From: an uncultured Roseivirgaceae bacterium
Lineage (GTDB): Bacteria > Bacteroidota > Bacteroidia > Cytophagales > Cyclobacteriaceae
Assembly: GCA_964429655.1 (NCBI GenBank)
Contig: CAYSCZ010000005.1
Location: 28,774-92,773 of the forward strand
DNA length: 64,000 bases
Direction: 5' to 3'
Shown in pieces: positions 40,746 to 50,461 of this stretch (position 1 is its first letter; each line of letters starts with the position of its first letter). The notes below the pieces were generated by a model. That model did not search any database. It saw only the letters and a program-made list of their open reading frames with translations, and was not told the origin of the DNA. Made by a program: the position numbers and the translations under genes.

Positions 40746-40772
40746 GGCCTCTATGATGTAGAGGTCATTTTT
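40746..40772 (+). terminator. Rho-independent terminator immediately downstream of the tRNA-like element.
   Basis: GGCCTCTA - TGATG - TAGAGGTC followed by ATTTTT. Confidence 0.6.
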
Positions 40773-40855
40773 AATTTTAAACAATCTCCAAAAAAAGGCA
40801 CACCAATTGTATATTCGTTATAATTTTTTAAATTTTAATTAGTAACGTCTAATAC

Positions 40856-42541
40856 ATGAATAAATATCTTTGGTTTTCCAGTTATCCTGAGTTTACACCA
40901 CATGAAATTGATCCTGATATATATAAATCACTACCTGATTTATTTAATCAATCATTTACCAAATTTTCAGATAAAATTGCATTTGAAAATTTCGGTAAAA
41001 AAGTAACTTATTCAGATTTATCTGCCTATTCTGCAAGTTTTGCGGCCTATCTTCAAGATAAAGGGTTGAAAAAAGGTGATAAGATTGCTATACAATTGCC
41101 AAATCTGCTTCAATATGCCGTTGCTCTATTCGGATCATTAAGGGCAGGACTGGTGGTAGTTAACACCAATCCCTTATATACCTCCAGGGAGATGGAGCAT
41201 CAGTTTAGAGATTCTGATGCCAAAGCAATTATCATATTAGCAAATTTTGCATCCACACTGGAGAAAATAATTGATGCAACTAAAATCGAATTGGTAATTA
41301 TTACTGAAATTGGTGATATGCTTGGTCCTATTAAGGGTACAATCACAAACTATGTAGTCAAGCATATCAAAAAGATGGTACCGAGTTATAATCTTCCCAA
41401 AGCAATCCCCTTCAAAGAAACGTTAAAAGTATCATCCAGAAACTTTAAAGAGGAAGAAATAAACGGTGACGATTTAGCATTTCTTCAATACACCGGTGGT
41501 ACTACAGGAATATCAAAAGGAGCCATGTTAACCCATAGAAATATGGTTGCAAACTTAGAACAAGTTTGTTGCTGGATGCAATCAAGTGACATGAAAGAAG
41601 GTGAGGAAATAATGATTACTGCATTACCACTATATCATGTCTTTGCACTTACCTGTAATGCATTGGTTATATCGAAGCTTGGAGGGAATAATCTTCTAAT
41701 AACAAATCCAAGGGATATGAAAGGATTTATAAAAGAGCTTTCCAAACATAAATTTACGGTGATGACCGGTGTAAACACTTTGTTTAATGGTTTACTGAAC
41801 CAGGAGAAATTTAAAACACTGGATTTTTCGCATTTAAAATTTTCCTTTGGTGGAGGCATGGCTGTTCAAAGGCCTGTAGCAGAAAAATGGCTGGAAGTTA
41901 CTAATTCACCATTAGCTGAAGGCTATGGTCTCACAGAAACTGCACCTGTTTTAACCGCAAATCCCCTTGGTAAGGGACAGGTTAGAATCGGAACGATTGG
42001 TTTGCCCCTGCCGAGCACAATAATAAAAATATTAAATGATGATGGGAAAGAAGTACCAATAGGAGCGCCTGGTGAAATATGCGCAAAGGGTCCTCAGATT
42101 ATGAAAGGCTATTGGAAAAATGATGAGGAGACCGAAAAAGTATTTATTAATGGTTGGTTTAAAACTGGTGATATAGGTATAATGAATCAAGAGGGCTTCA
42201 TAAAGATTGTTGACAGAAAAAAGGAGATGATCCTGGTATCAGGTTTTAATGTTTACCCTAACGAAGTAGAAGAAACCATCGCATCGATGGATAAAGTTTT
42301 GGAAGTTGGAGCAATAGGTGTACCTGACAAAAAATCAACAGAAGCTGTTAAAGTTTTCATTGTTAAAAGGGACCAATCATTAACCAAGAAGCAAATAACT
42401 GAATTTTGTAAAGATGGATTAACAGCATATAAATGTCCTAAATACATCGAATTTGTAGATGAATTACCTAAATCAAATGTGGGTAAGATATTAAGAAGAG
42501 TCCTCAAAGAGGAGGACTCAAAGAAAAACACTTATTTGTAA
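40856..42541 (+). CDS. fadD: Long-chain-fatty-acid--CoA ligase (AMP-binding family).
   Basis: YTGGTTGISKGAMLTHRN (AMP-binding box), GYGLTETAP, KTGD; 561 aa. Confidence 0.85.
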   Translation: MNKYLWFSSYPEFTPHEIDPDIYKSLPDLFNQSFTKFSDKIAFENFGKKVTYSDLSAYSASFAAYLQDKGLKKGDKIAIQLPNLLQYAVALFGSLRAGLVVVNTNPLYTSREMEHQFRDSDAKAIIILANFASTLEKIIDATKIELVIITEIGDMLGPIKGTITNYVVKHIKKMVPSYNLPKAIPFKETLKVSSRNFKEEEINGDDLAFLQYTGGTTGISKGAMLTHRNMVANLEQVCCWMQSSDMKEGEEIMITALPLYHVFALTCNALVISKLGGNNLLITNPRDMKGFIKELSKHKFTVMTGVNTLFNGLLNQEKFKTLDFSHLKFSFGGGMAVQRPVAEKWLEVTNSPLAEGYGLTETAPVLTANPLGKGQVRIGTIGLPLPSTIIKILNDDGKEVPIGAPGEICAKGPQIMKGYWKNDEETEKVFINGWFKTGDIGIMNQEGFIKIVDRKKEMILVSGFNVYPNEVEETIASMDKVLEVGAIGVPDKKSTEAVKVFIVKRDQSLTKKQITEFCKDGLTAYKCPKYIEFVDELPKSNVGKILRRVLKEEDSKKNTYL

Positions 42542-42549
42542 AAACCTTA

Positions 42550-43368
42550 CTAGTTTACTTTTAGGATATTGCCTTTTAATTCATAATAGTGAACCAGTAT
42601 TCTGGTAGGACCTTCAGAATACGGGGCAATTTCATAGGTATTATAATAAAAGATAATTCCGTTTTCAGTGTAACCAAAATTATTGCTTAGTGCAAAAGCA
42701 TTGTCCTCAAAACTAAATCCTGCTTTTGCATAGTCTACATCTTCAGGTATTTTCTTTAAATCCCTGAATTTCTTTTCTGCAATGCTTGCGACAGTTTCAA
42801 GGTCAGTAAGTGCCTCGTCTATTGTAACTTCTGATCCATCCTCTAAATCAATATTTTGATAATCAATCCGATTATTTGGATGGGCACCGCCCTTGTACAT
42901 GTTAGTGCTATACGATACTGAAAGTATTTTATCGGTTTGATGAGTTACCGCAGCATCTACAGACATTTCCCATCGATCCTGAGAGTTAGGGAACTCCTTT
43001 TTAAATTCTTCATATTCAGAAAGCAAACCCTCTATCACATCAGTAATTTCAGTTTCTGAGGTTTCATCACTCAGATAATCAATGATTCTTTGTCGAACCT
43101 TTGAGTTAATCTCTTTTCCCATTTTACTACCTAAATTAAAGACAGGGTAGGTAACTTCCACAGATATGCATCCGCCTGTGGTTGAAGAACAGTTGCCTTC
43201 TTTTTCTGTGATACTTTTCATTTCGTAGCTCAACCCTTCATAAGACTCACCTGAAGTATTATCATCTAAACGCTCCGCAGACTCTTTATTTTCTTTTTTT
43301 GATGTATCGCAACCAGCAATATATATCAAAAAAGTGGCTATAAATACAATGTTAAATAGTCTATACAT
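42550..43368 (-). CDS. Lipoprotein, DUF4163/DUF3298-like (RsiV/PdaC-type fold).
   Basis: Lipobox IAGCDTS and a YKGGAHPNN block reminiscent of DUF3298. Tentative. Confidence 0.45.
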   Translation of the reverse strand: MYRLFNIVFIATFLIYIAGCDTSKKENKESAERLDDNTSGESYEGLSYEMKSITEKEGNCSSTTGGCISVEVTYPVFNLGSKMGKEINSKVRQRIIDYLSDETSETEITDVIEGLLSEYEEFKKEFPNSQDRWEMSVDAAVTHQTDKILSVSYSTNMYKGGAHPNNRIDYQNIDLEDGSEVTIDEALTDLETVASIAEKKFRDLKKIPEDVDYAKAGFSFEDNAFALSNNFGYTENGIIFYYNTYEIAPYSEGPTRILVHYYELKGNILKVN

Positions 43369-43446
43369 CTTAATATTTATTTGATTTATTATTAATGATT
43401 TTTAGCTAAAATATAAAATAGTTAATTATAAATATTATTTTTTTTA

Positions 43447-44466
43447 TTGAAATATTCATCTCTCATGAAATTTGCCACCCTTGGTATATTACTGTTCACT
43501 TCATTTTTTCTTTTCGCTCAAGAAGACAAACAGGAAAGATATGTTTCTTATGAGCGTGTTGGAGGTAGCATTGTTGGTGGCGCCTCATACTTATTTGATG
43601 AAGAACCAATTGATACATCCTATTGGAAACTGGGTGGTGTTAGTAACTTTTCTTTTTCTCAGGTTTCATTAATTAACTGGGCTGCAGGTGGTGATAATTC
43701 AATTTCAATTAATACTTATCAAAGATTATTTGCCAATTATGAAAAAAAGAGATTTACCTGGGAGAACTCATTAAACATAGGTTATGGAATTCTAAAGCAA
43801 AACGAAAGAGATTTCGATAAATCGGATGACAAACTAAATTTTGTCTCAAAAGTTGGCTACAAACTAAAAAGAAACAAAAAAAAGCTTTTATTATCATTCC
43901 TGTTTGACTTTAAATCTCAATTCAATCAAGGATTCGCAAATAACGTTGATAGTGTAATTTCAAAATTTATGGCTCCAGGTTATATCATATCAAGTGTTGG
44001 GTTGGATTATAAACCAGAACCTTATTTGTCAATTAATTATATACCATTCTCCGGTAAGTTCACCTTCGTTTTGGATGATGCATTATCTGATCTGGGCGCT
44101 TATGGCGTAACCCCCGGGAAAAATATCAGAACTGAATTGGGTTCTTTTTTACGACTGAATTTCAAAAAGCAAATAATATCAAATGTTGATATGGAATCAA
44201 AACTTGAATTATTTGCCAACTACCTCAAAGATTTTGGTAATATAGATGTCAACTGGGAAAATGTTGTTGTAATGAAAATCAACAAATATTTATCTGCTAA
44301 CCTGATTAATCAACTCATTTACGATGACGATATTTTAATAGAAGTAGATGAAAATAATGATGGAGAAATTGAAGCTCCAGGCCCTAGGCTTCAATATAAA
44401 AATATATTTGGTTTAGGCTTAAATTTTACCTTCGGCGACAAAAGGAAAAAAAGAAAGAAAAAGTAA
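43447..44466 (+). CDS. DUF3078 outer-membrane beta-barrel protein.
   Basis: Signal peptide, the SLINWAAGGDNSISI signature, and alternating amphipathic beta strands. Confidence 0.6.
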   Translation: MKYSSLMKFATLGILLFTSFFLFAQEDKQERYVSYERVGGSIVGGASYLFDEEPIDTSYWKLGGVSNFSFSQVSLINWAAGGDNSISINTYQRLFANYEKKRFTWENSLNIGYGILKQNERDFDKSDDKLNFVSKVGYKLKRNKKKLLLSFLFDFKSQFNQGFANNVDSVISKFMAPGYIISSVGLDYKPEPYLSINYIPFSGKFTFVLDDALSDLGAYGVTPGKNIRTELGSFLRLNFKKQIISNVDMESKLELFANYLKDFGNIDVNWENVVVMKINKYLSANLINQLIYDDDILIEVDENNDGEIEAPGPRLQYKNIFGLGLNFTFGDKRKKRKKK

Positions 44467-44553
44467 GGCGCATAATCAATAATCTGTTTCACTCATATCA
44501 ATCAAACCGACCAAAGATTCTTTCTTAATCATAATTTAAAACATTTGCATAAA

Positions 44554-44588
44554 TGATTATAATCATACTGTTTTTTGATTGCCATCAT
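44554..44588 (+). promoter_or_regulatory. Two tandem FNR/CRP-type palindromes upstream of the first USP gene.
   Basis: aTGATtataATCAt at 44554-44565 and TTGATtgccATCAt at 44575-44588, which is 84 and 63 nt upstream of the ATG at 44638. Confidence 0.35.
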
Positions 44589-44637
44589 CAGTAAAAAATC
44601 GTACTACATATAACTTGTACTGTAAAAAGATATAGCC

Positions 44638-45522
44638 ATGAAAGAGATTTTAGTACCCACAGATTTTTCAGAACAAGCTGAAGGAGCTTTGAGATTTGCG
44701 CAACAGGCTGCACAATCTTTAGGTGCGGAAATATGTTTATTTCACACGATCAATATGCCACATCTTTTTTCAAGTTTTTATTTAGACAATACAACAGCTG
44801 CCCAAATCACAAAACAAGCCAGGGAATCGACACTGGAAGAAATGGAATTACTAAAAAAGAAGTATTCCTACGGAGCCATCAATATCAAGACAAAGGTTTT
44901 TATTGGTAGTGTCATTGAGGGCATAGAGGACTATCTTGCTGAAAATGAACCTGAAATGATCGTGATGGGCACAAATGGAGCCTCAGGAATCAGAGAAATG
45001 TTCATTGGTTCAAACTGTGAGAAAGTCGTACGAATCGCCAACTGTCCTGTTTTTTCACTCCCAAATCACCAAAGCTTCAAAGGAATAAGAGACATAGTGA
45101 TACCAACTGATATGGTTGACATCAGTGAGCACTATTTTGAAGAATTACTGAAAATCCACAATATGTTTAATGCTACGTTGCATTTTGTCTGGATTAATAC
45201 ACCCCATGTTATTGAGAATGAAGAGATTGCTAAAGCAAGGCTTCAGTCATATGTAGATCATATTGGTATCACCGACTATACCATAAGCATAAGAAGGGAC
45301 ATAATGGCTGATGCGGGTATCTTGCGATTTACTGATGAAATAGGAGCAGATCTAATTGCAATGGCAACACATGGAAATCGCGGTATCGCACATCTGTTTT
45401 CCGGCAGTTTAGCTGAAGATATTGTCAATCATTCACTCATTCCTGTATGGACATATAACTTGCACAGTAAGGAGCATCAGATGGTAAAGGAATATTATTA
45501 CGATCAGAATGGAATAATTTGA
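44638..45522 (+). CDS. Universal stress protein, tandem UspA domains.
   Basis: ILVPTDFSEQAEGAL ... MGTNGASG ... and a second repeat IVIPTD ... ATHGNRG. Confidence 0.85.
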   Translation: MKEILVPTDFSEQAEGALRFAQQAAQSLGAEICLFHTINMPHLFSSFYLDNTTAAQITKQARESTLEEMELLKKKYSYGAINIKTKVFIGSVIEGIEDYLAENEPEMIVMGTNGASGIREMFIGSNCEKVVRIANCPVFSLPNHQSFKGIRDIVIPTDMVDISEHYFEELLKIHNMFNATLHFVWINTPHVIENEEIAKARLQSYVDHIGITDYTISIRRDIMADAGILRFTDEIGADLIAMATHGNRGIAHLFSGSLAEDIVNHSLIPVWTYNLHSKEHQMVKEYYYDQNGII

Positions 45523-45774
45523 AACAAAACTTAAAAGCAGATGAGACGGGTAGATCCTTCACCTCCGCTGAAGATAAGAAGGCGGTCTGACAATAAGGAA
45601 TTTTTAATTGGATCTAAAGAATATTTTTTCATACAAAACCTATTAAAATTTTATAAGGAAAATATCTCACTGTTGCCGGATTATGAGTGTGTGAATGCAA
45701 AGCCTAAAAACAATAGCAACTCATCCGTGATAATAAAAGTAAATGAAATTATATTTACTTAGAGATTAAACAAT

Positions 45775-46596
45775 ATGAAAGTTATAAAAAAGATCCTGGC
45801 ACCGACGGATTTTTCTAAGGTGGGGAATAATTCTGTGGAATTTGCTGCTTTCATGGCTGATAAGCTTGATGCACAGCTAATTATTCCATTCATCCAAGAT
45901 GAAAAACAGTTGGCGCTGGGAAATGCAGAAATAAATTTCGAATGGATAAAAAACAATTTTGAATCCCTGGATAACAACATCCTTATATCTTATAGTAGTC
46001 TTAAGAAGAATTTTGAAAGCTTAAAAGGAGACCTTGTAGATCAAATCAAAAAAATTATTAACGAAAGAGACATCGATATAGTCATAGTAGGAACAAAAAG
46101 CAGCTTAGGAAATTATGAAATGCAGTTTGGGAGCGTTACCGCTCATTTAATCGATAGTATTCAATGTCCATTGATAGCCATCCCGGAAGGTTATATCAGT
46201 AAAACACTCAACCATATATCCATAGCTACAGATTTTAACATTAAGCTGGAATCAGAAGAGCTATTCACATTGAAGCAAATCGTAAGGTCATGGTTTTCTA
46301 AAATTTCATTAGTACATGTTATACAGCATGAACATAAAAAGTCCAACAGAATGGTAAAAAATCAAATAGATAAGTTTTTTGAGGGAAACATTCACGATTT
46401 AAAGGAGATTCTGGGAGATGACTTAGAAGCTACGCTTGACAATTTTGCAGATGATGAAATTGTGGATTTACTTGTACTTTTCCGAAGGACTTCAATCGGA
46501 AGGGAAAGGTTTTTCGATCCCAGGCTTACTAAAAAAATGATATTTAAGGCCAGGTATCCGTTGATGATGCTACCAATTTCTAATGAAAAATATTAG
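45775..46596 (+). CDS. Universal stress protein, tandem-domain, divergent.
   Basis: ILAPTDFSKVGNNSVEFAA ... IVGTKSS ... ISIATDF. Confidence 0.75.
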   Translation: MKVIKKILAPTDFSKVGNNSVEFAAFMADKLDAQLIIPFIQDEKQLALGNAEINFEWIKNNFESLDNNILISYSSLKKNFESLKGDLVDQIKKIINERDIDIVIVGTKSSLGNYEMQFGSVTAHLIDSIQCPLIAIPEGYISKTLNHISIATDFNIKLESEELFTLKQIVRSWFSKISLVHVIQHEHKKSNRMVKNQIDKFFEGNIHDLKEILGDDLEATLDNFADDEIVDLLVLFRRTSIGRERFFDPRLTKKMIFKARYPLMMLPISNEKY

Positions 46597-46728
46597 AAAA
46601 CCTTTAACCCAGAATAGTCATTAGACTTTCTATACATGGTTAAATCACTTCAAATCAAACACTTAACATGTTATTGGCTCGTCACCATCGCGATGCTATG
46701 CCCCCTCGACATAAGTGCCTGATTTTTT

Positions 46729-46778
46729 GGGCTTTAACCCTTCATGACAAATTTCCAATGACAAATCTGGGTTTAAAG
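46729..46778. repeat. Stem-loop whose arms (GGGCTTTAACCC / GGGTTTAAAG) enclose a 9-bp direct repeat ATGACAAAT x2.
   Basis: Read directly from the sequence. An unusually GC-rich segment with a 10-bp palindrome CATCGCGATG lies at 46686-46695. Confidence 0.4.
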
Positions 46779-47252
46779 TGCGGCCACTAGATTATAATAC
46801 TGATTTATTCCGTTTATAAAACTTTTGGGTTCCCATCTTTTATGAATAGGTATGATTAGTTTATTTATATCTGCATATTCAGGTTCCTCATAAAAAAGCA
46901 TTGAAGCCTGTCCAAGTTCTGCTATTTTCGAAGACTCAGCCATATCCTTCAAGTTAATTTTTTTGCTAAGCATAATTAAGTCTATATCCCATTTCTTAGT
47001 GTACTTGATGATGCTATCGGTAATTTCACCTTCATCAACAATTATTTCATAAGCTATATTATGATAAATTGGCAAAAGGTTATCGCCAATATTCTCAATA
47101 GTTTCAACTGGTTCACTATTTGAGATAGTCCTTATAAAAAATACTTTTTTGCAATTTACAAGGTGTGCAAAATTCTCTGCGTACACGATTACATACTGGT
47201 CATAGGAAGACCTATCCAACGCAACCAGCATCCTTTTAAATTCATACATCAT
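46773..47252 (-). CDS. Universal-stress-protein-like single-domain protein (degenerate ATP motif).
   Basis: MLVALDRS ... DLIMLSKK. The USP fold is likely, but the glycine-rich ATP motif is absent. Confidence 0.55.
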   Translation of the reverse strand: MMYEFKRMLVALDRSSYDQYVIVYAENFAHLVNCKKVFFIRTISNSEPVETIENIGDNLLPIYHNIAYEIIVDEGEITDSIIKYTKKWDIDLIMLSKKINLKDMAESSKIAELGQASMLFYEEPEYADINKLIIPIHKRWEPKSFINGINQYYNLVAAL

Positions 47253-47270
47253 TTAATTAATTAGACATAA

Positions 47271-48101
47271 TTATGTTCCCAACCTTAGGCTTAATACCGG
47301 TTTATCAAAGTGGTTAACAATATTTTCTGTTAAGCTTCCACTTAACGCTCTCAAAAGTCCTGTTCTACCATGCGTTGCCAGAGCAATCAAGTCAATTTTT
47401 TTAACTTTTGTAAAGTTGATCAAGCCATTTTCAAATTTCCTTGCATTTTGAATGTTCGTACTCCCGATCACCTCAGGGGCCATCTCAACATATTTTGACA
47501 TTTCATTGTTAATGACGGGTGTTTCAGTGAAGTTCTCCGGAGTATTTACAAATAACAAATGAATCTTAGCATCAAATAATTTAGCGAAAGCAATGGTATC
47601 ATTTAATGGCTTGGTAATGTCTTCCCAAAAATCAGAAGGGAATAATATATCCTTAAAATACAGTTTTTCTATTCTATTCTTCAACACCATAACCGGAATA
47701 TGACTTAATCTAACAATCTTTTGAGCATTAGATCCCATCAAAAATTTTCGGGCACCACTGGCCCCATGTGAACCCATTATGATCATATCTATATCATGTT
47801 TTTTAGCATGATCAATTATCTCTTCCCTGTCTTCATTATAGTGTAAACATTTATGAGCTTTAATTCCCCGTTTATCTGCCCTGTCTACCAATTCACTTAA
47901 CTTATGATTAATAAAATCAACTTCTTTGGTAAGCTCAGGATACATTTTATCCTGGTCTCTTTCCAGGTATATCCAGTTAATCGGGATAGATTTCAGATGT
48001 ATAAAATGAACCTGCCCGTTTGATAAGTTAGCAAATTCTATGGCCGCCTCCACAGCATATTCTGCATGTTGAGAAAAATCGGTAGGTACTAATATTTTCA
48101 T
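47271..48101 (-). CDS. Universal stress protein, tandem UspA domains.
   Basis: ILVPTDFSQHAEYAV ... MGSHGASG ... ATHGRTG. Confidence 0.85.
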   Translation of the reverse strand: MKILVPTDFSQHAEYAVEAAIEFANLSNGQVHFIHLKSIPINWIYLERDQDKMYPELTKEVDFINHKLSELVDRADKRGIKAHKCLHYNEDREEIIDHAKKHDIDMIIMGSHGASGARKFLMGSNAQKIVRLSHIPVMVLKNRIEKLYFKDILFPSDFWEDITKPLNDTIAFAKLFDAKIHLLFVNTPENFTETPVINNEMSKYVEMAPEVIGSTNIQNARKFENGLINFTKVKKIDLIALATHGRTGLLRALSGSLTENIVNHFDKPVLSLRLGT

Positions 48102-48200
48102 TTACAATATGGGTTATCGTATTATCTAAATGAAATATTAAATTAAATGGATTATTCAATAGCTTTAATGACCATACTCAATTCAATCAATGATTTTGAT

Positions 48201-48212
48201 CAGTAAGTAATT
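48201..48212 (-). promoter_or_regulatory. FNR/CRP-type palindrome upstream of the 47271-48101 USP gene.
   Basis: TGATtttgATCA, about 100 nt upstream of the start at 48101. Confidence 0.3.
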
Positions 48213-48217
48213 GTAGG

Positions 48218-48688
48218 TCAATTGCTTACACTGTATGACAAACCATTAGTATCTATAGATCGATAATTAAACGTTGGTGGGATAGTAAGTACCGGTTTTT
48301 CAGAATTACGGATAATTGTTTGAGCAGTGCTACCAAGTTCATAACTCATATTACTACCATTTGTACCCATAATTACCATGTCAATACCATAGCCATTAAT
48401 GGTACTAATTATCTCGTCGGACACCAACCCGCATTTATATAAACATTCTATTTCAACTTCATAAGTCTTCTTTAGGTCATCTGCCAGGTTTCGCATTCTG
48501 CCTTCCAGGTAGCTACAAAACCTGGATAATTCATCATTCTCAATGCCATCTTGGTTAGAATGTACATGCATTAAAGTAAGTTTACTTTGGCTTAACTTAC
48601 ATATGGATATGCCATAACGTATCGCCCTCCAGGCAGCACTTGAAAAATCTGTGGGGACTAAAATCTTCTTAATTTCGAGCATTTCCAC
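48218..48688 (-). CDS. Universal stress protein (single domain).
   Basis: ILVPTDFSSAAWRAI ... MGTNGSN. Confidence 0.8.
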   Translation of the reverse strand: MEMLEIKKILVPTDFSSAAWRAIRYGISICKLSQSKLTLMHVHSNQDGIENDELSRFCSYLEGRMRNLADDLKKTYEVEIECLYKCGLVSDEIISTINGYGIDMVIMGTNGSNMSYELGSTAQTIIRNSEKPVLTIPPTFNYRSIDTNGLSYSVSN

Positions 48689-48732
48689 CTTTATTGACGC
48701 TCAAAACTATCCGTAACAACAACCCATAATTA

Positions 48733-48744
48733 TGACAATAATCA
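48733..48744. promoter_or_regulatory. FNR/CRP-like palindrome in the divergent USP / histidine-kinase promoter region.
   Basis: TGACaataATCA, embedded in ATGACAATAATCAT. Confidence 0.3.
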
Positions 48745-48829
48745 TGATCTCTAAAAATTCTTATCAAGACCATGAGTTAAAATTTTAAGCCAAGGCTTTT
48801 TTTAATGCCTTATACAGTGTAATTTTTGG

Positions 48830-50461
48830 ATGAATATGATAGAAGTAGCTGAAAAACAAGATTTGCTGAATGCAGTCTTCCATTCTACAACTGAAGGGTT
48901 GATTGTAGCTAATGATAAGGGGGAGATAACGCTTGCCAATACCAGCAGCCTCAAAATGTTTGGTTATGAAAAGAATGAAATAATTGGCAAAAAAATGGAG
49001 TTGCTTGTACCTGATCATATAAAAGACGAGCATATTAAATACCGCGAAAAATATTTTCAAAATCCCTCATCCCGCCCGATGGGCATAGGACTGGACTTAT
49101 ATGGCAAGAAAAAAAATGGGGATTATTTCCCATTAGAAATCAGTCTAAGTCACTTCCGCAGTGAAGGAAATCTTATGGTGGTTGCGTTTGTTGCAGATAT
49201 TACCGAAAGAAAGAAATCTGAGGAGGCCCTAAAAGAAAGCAAAAAACAACTTGAGGATTACTCAGAATTACTGGAAAAAAAAGTCAAAGAAAGAACGCAG
49301 GAACTAGAACATTTGAATATTGGCCTGCAAAGCCAGATGCAAGAAAGAAAAAATGCAGAAGCAGCTCTAAAGGAAAGTCAAAGACTATATAAAGTGATTG
49401 CAAAAAACTTTCCCAACGGCATTATCAATGTACTGGACCAAAATCTTAATTGCATATTTGTAGAAGGAAAGGAGTTAGCAAATATAAAAGTCTCACCATC
49501 AGATCTTATTGGTAAACCTTTCATGATAAATATGCCAAAGCATAGGCAAGAAGCTATTAATGAACGACTAAAAAAAGTTCTGGAGGGTAAAGAAGTCTCT
49601 TTTGAGAATTTTAAATCTGACAGATATTATATTATAAGAGCAACACCATTAACCAAACATAATGGCAGGATAAACCAAATTCTTGTTGTTGAAGAAAACG
49701 TCACTAAACTAAAAGAAGCTGAAAAAGAAGTTAGGGAGTCTTTAAATAAAGAAAAAGAACTGAACGTACTTAAATCCAGGTTTGTTGCTATGGCCTCTCA
49801 TGAATTTAGAACACCTTTAAGCACAATACTTTCCTCAGCTTCAATAATATCCCGATATCAAAGGGAAGATCAACAAACAAAAAGGCTAAAACATACTGAC
49901 AGAATAAAATCCTCGGTTCAAAATCTTACCGGAATATTAAACGACTTTTTATCTCTAGAAAAATTAGAATCCGGTAAAATATGGTATGAACCTTCCATGT
50001 TCAATCTACCAGACTTCGTTGACGAGGTTATCGAGGAAGTAGGTTCAATTTTGAAAAAAGGTCAAGAAATGATCTACAAGCATGAGGGGACCCGCATGGT
50101 TTGTTTAGACAAAAAGTTATTTAAAAACATAATTATAAATTTGACTTCAAATGCCAGTAAATATTCTCCAGAAAACGAAGATATATTAATACATTCCTAT
50201 ACTTACAATAGTCATATACAGTTAGAAGTTACAGATAACGGTATCGGCATTCCTGAAAAAGACCAGAAAAATTTATTCGAAAGGTTTTTCAGAGCTGAAA
50301 ATGTTACAAATATTGGAGGAACGGGTTTAGGACTAAACATCGTTAAAAAGTATTTAGAATTAATGAATGGTTCCATAACCTTTGCAAGTGAATTGAATAA
50401 AGGAACCACTTTCAAAATAAAAATCCCGATTAATGAAGAAAATATTAGTAATAGAGGATAA
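48830..50461 (+). CDS. Cytoplasmic sensor histidine kinase with two PAS domains.
   Basis: No TM segment. PAS-like N-terminus, coiled coil, H-box FVAMASHEFRTPL, and an HATPase N/G1/G2 region (NLTSNASKYSP, DNGIGIP, GGTGLGL). Confidence 0.9.
   Translation: MNMIEVAEKQDLLNAVFHSTTEGLIVANDKGEITLANTSSLKMFGYEKNEIIGKKMELLVPDHIKDEHIKYREKYFQNPSSRPMGIGLDLYGKKKNGDYFPLEISLSHFRSEGNLMVVAFVADITERKKSEEALKESKKQLEDYSELLEKKVKERTQELEHLNIGLQSQMQERKNAEAALKESQRLYKVIAKNFPNGIINVLDQNLNCIFVEGKELANIKVSPSDLIGKPFMINMPKHRQEAINERLKKVLEGKEVSFENFKSDRYYIIRATPLTKHNGRINQILVVEENVTKLKEAEKEVRESLNKEKELNVLKSRFVAMASHEFRTPLSTILSSASIISRYQREDQQTKRLKHTDRIKSSVQNLTGILNDFLSLEKLESGKIWYEPSMFNLPDFVDEVIEEVGSILKKGQEMIYKHEGTRMVCLDKKLFKNIIINLTSNASKYSPENEDILIHSYTYNSHIQLEVTDNGIGIPEKDQKNLFERFFRAENVTNIGGTGLGLNIVKKYLELMNGSITFASELNKGTTFKIKIPINEENISNRG

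Noticed and set aside
45541-45762. 73-aa ORF in the 250-bp spacer between the first two USP genes.
   Set aside because: No recognisable domain and no start context. The 5' part overlaps a small GC-rich hairpin region (around 45545-45600), which is more likely an RNA structure than coding. It is mentioned only as a possible sRNA locus.
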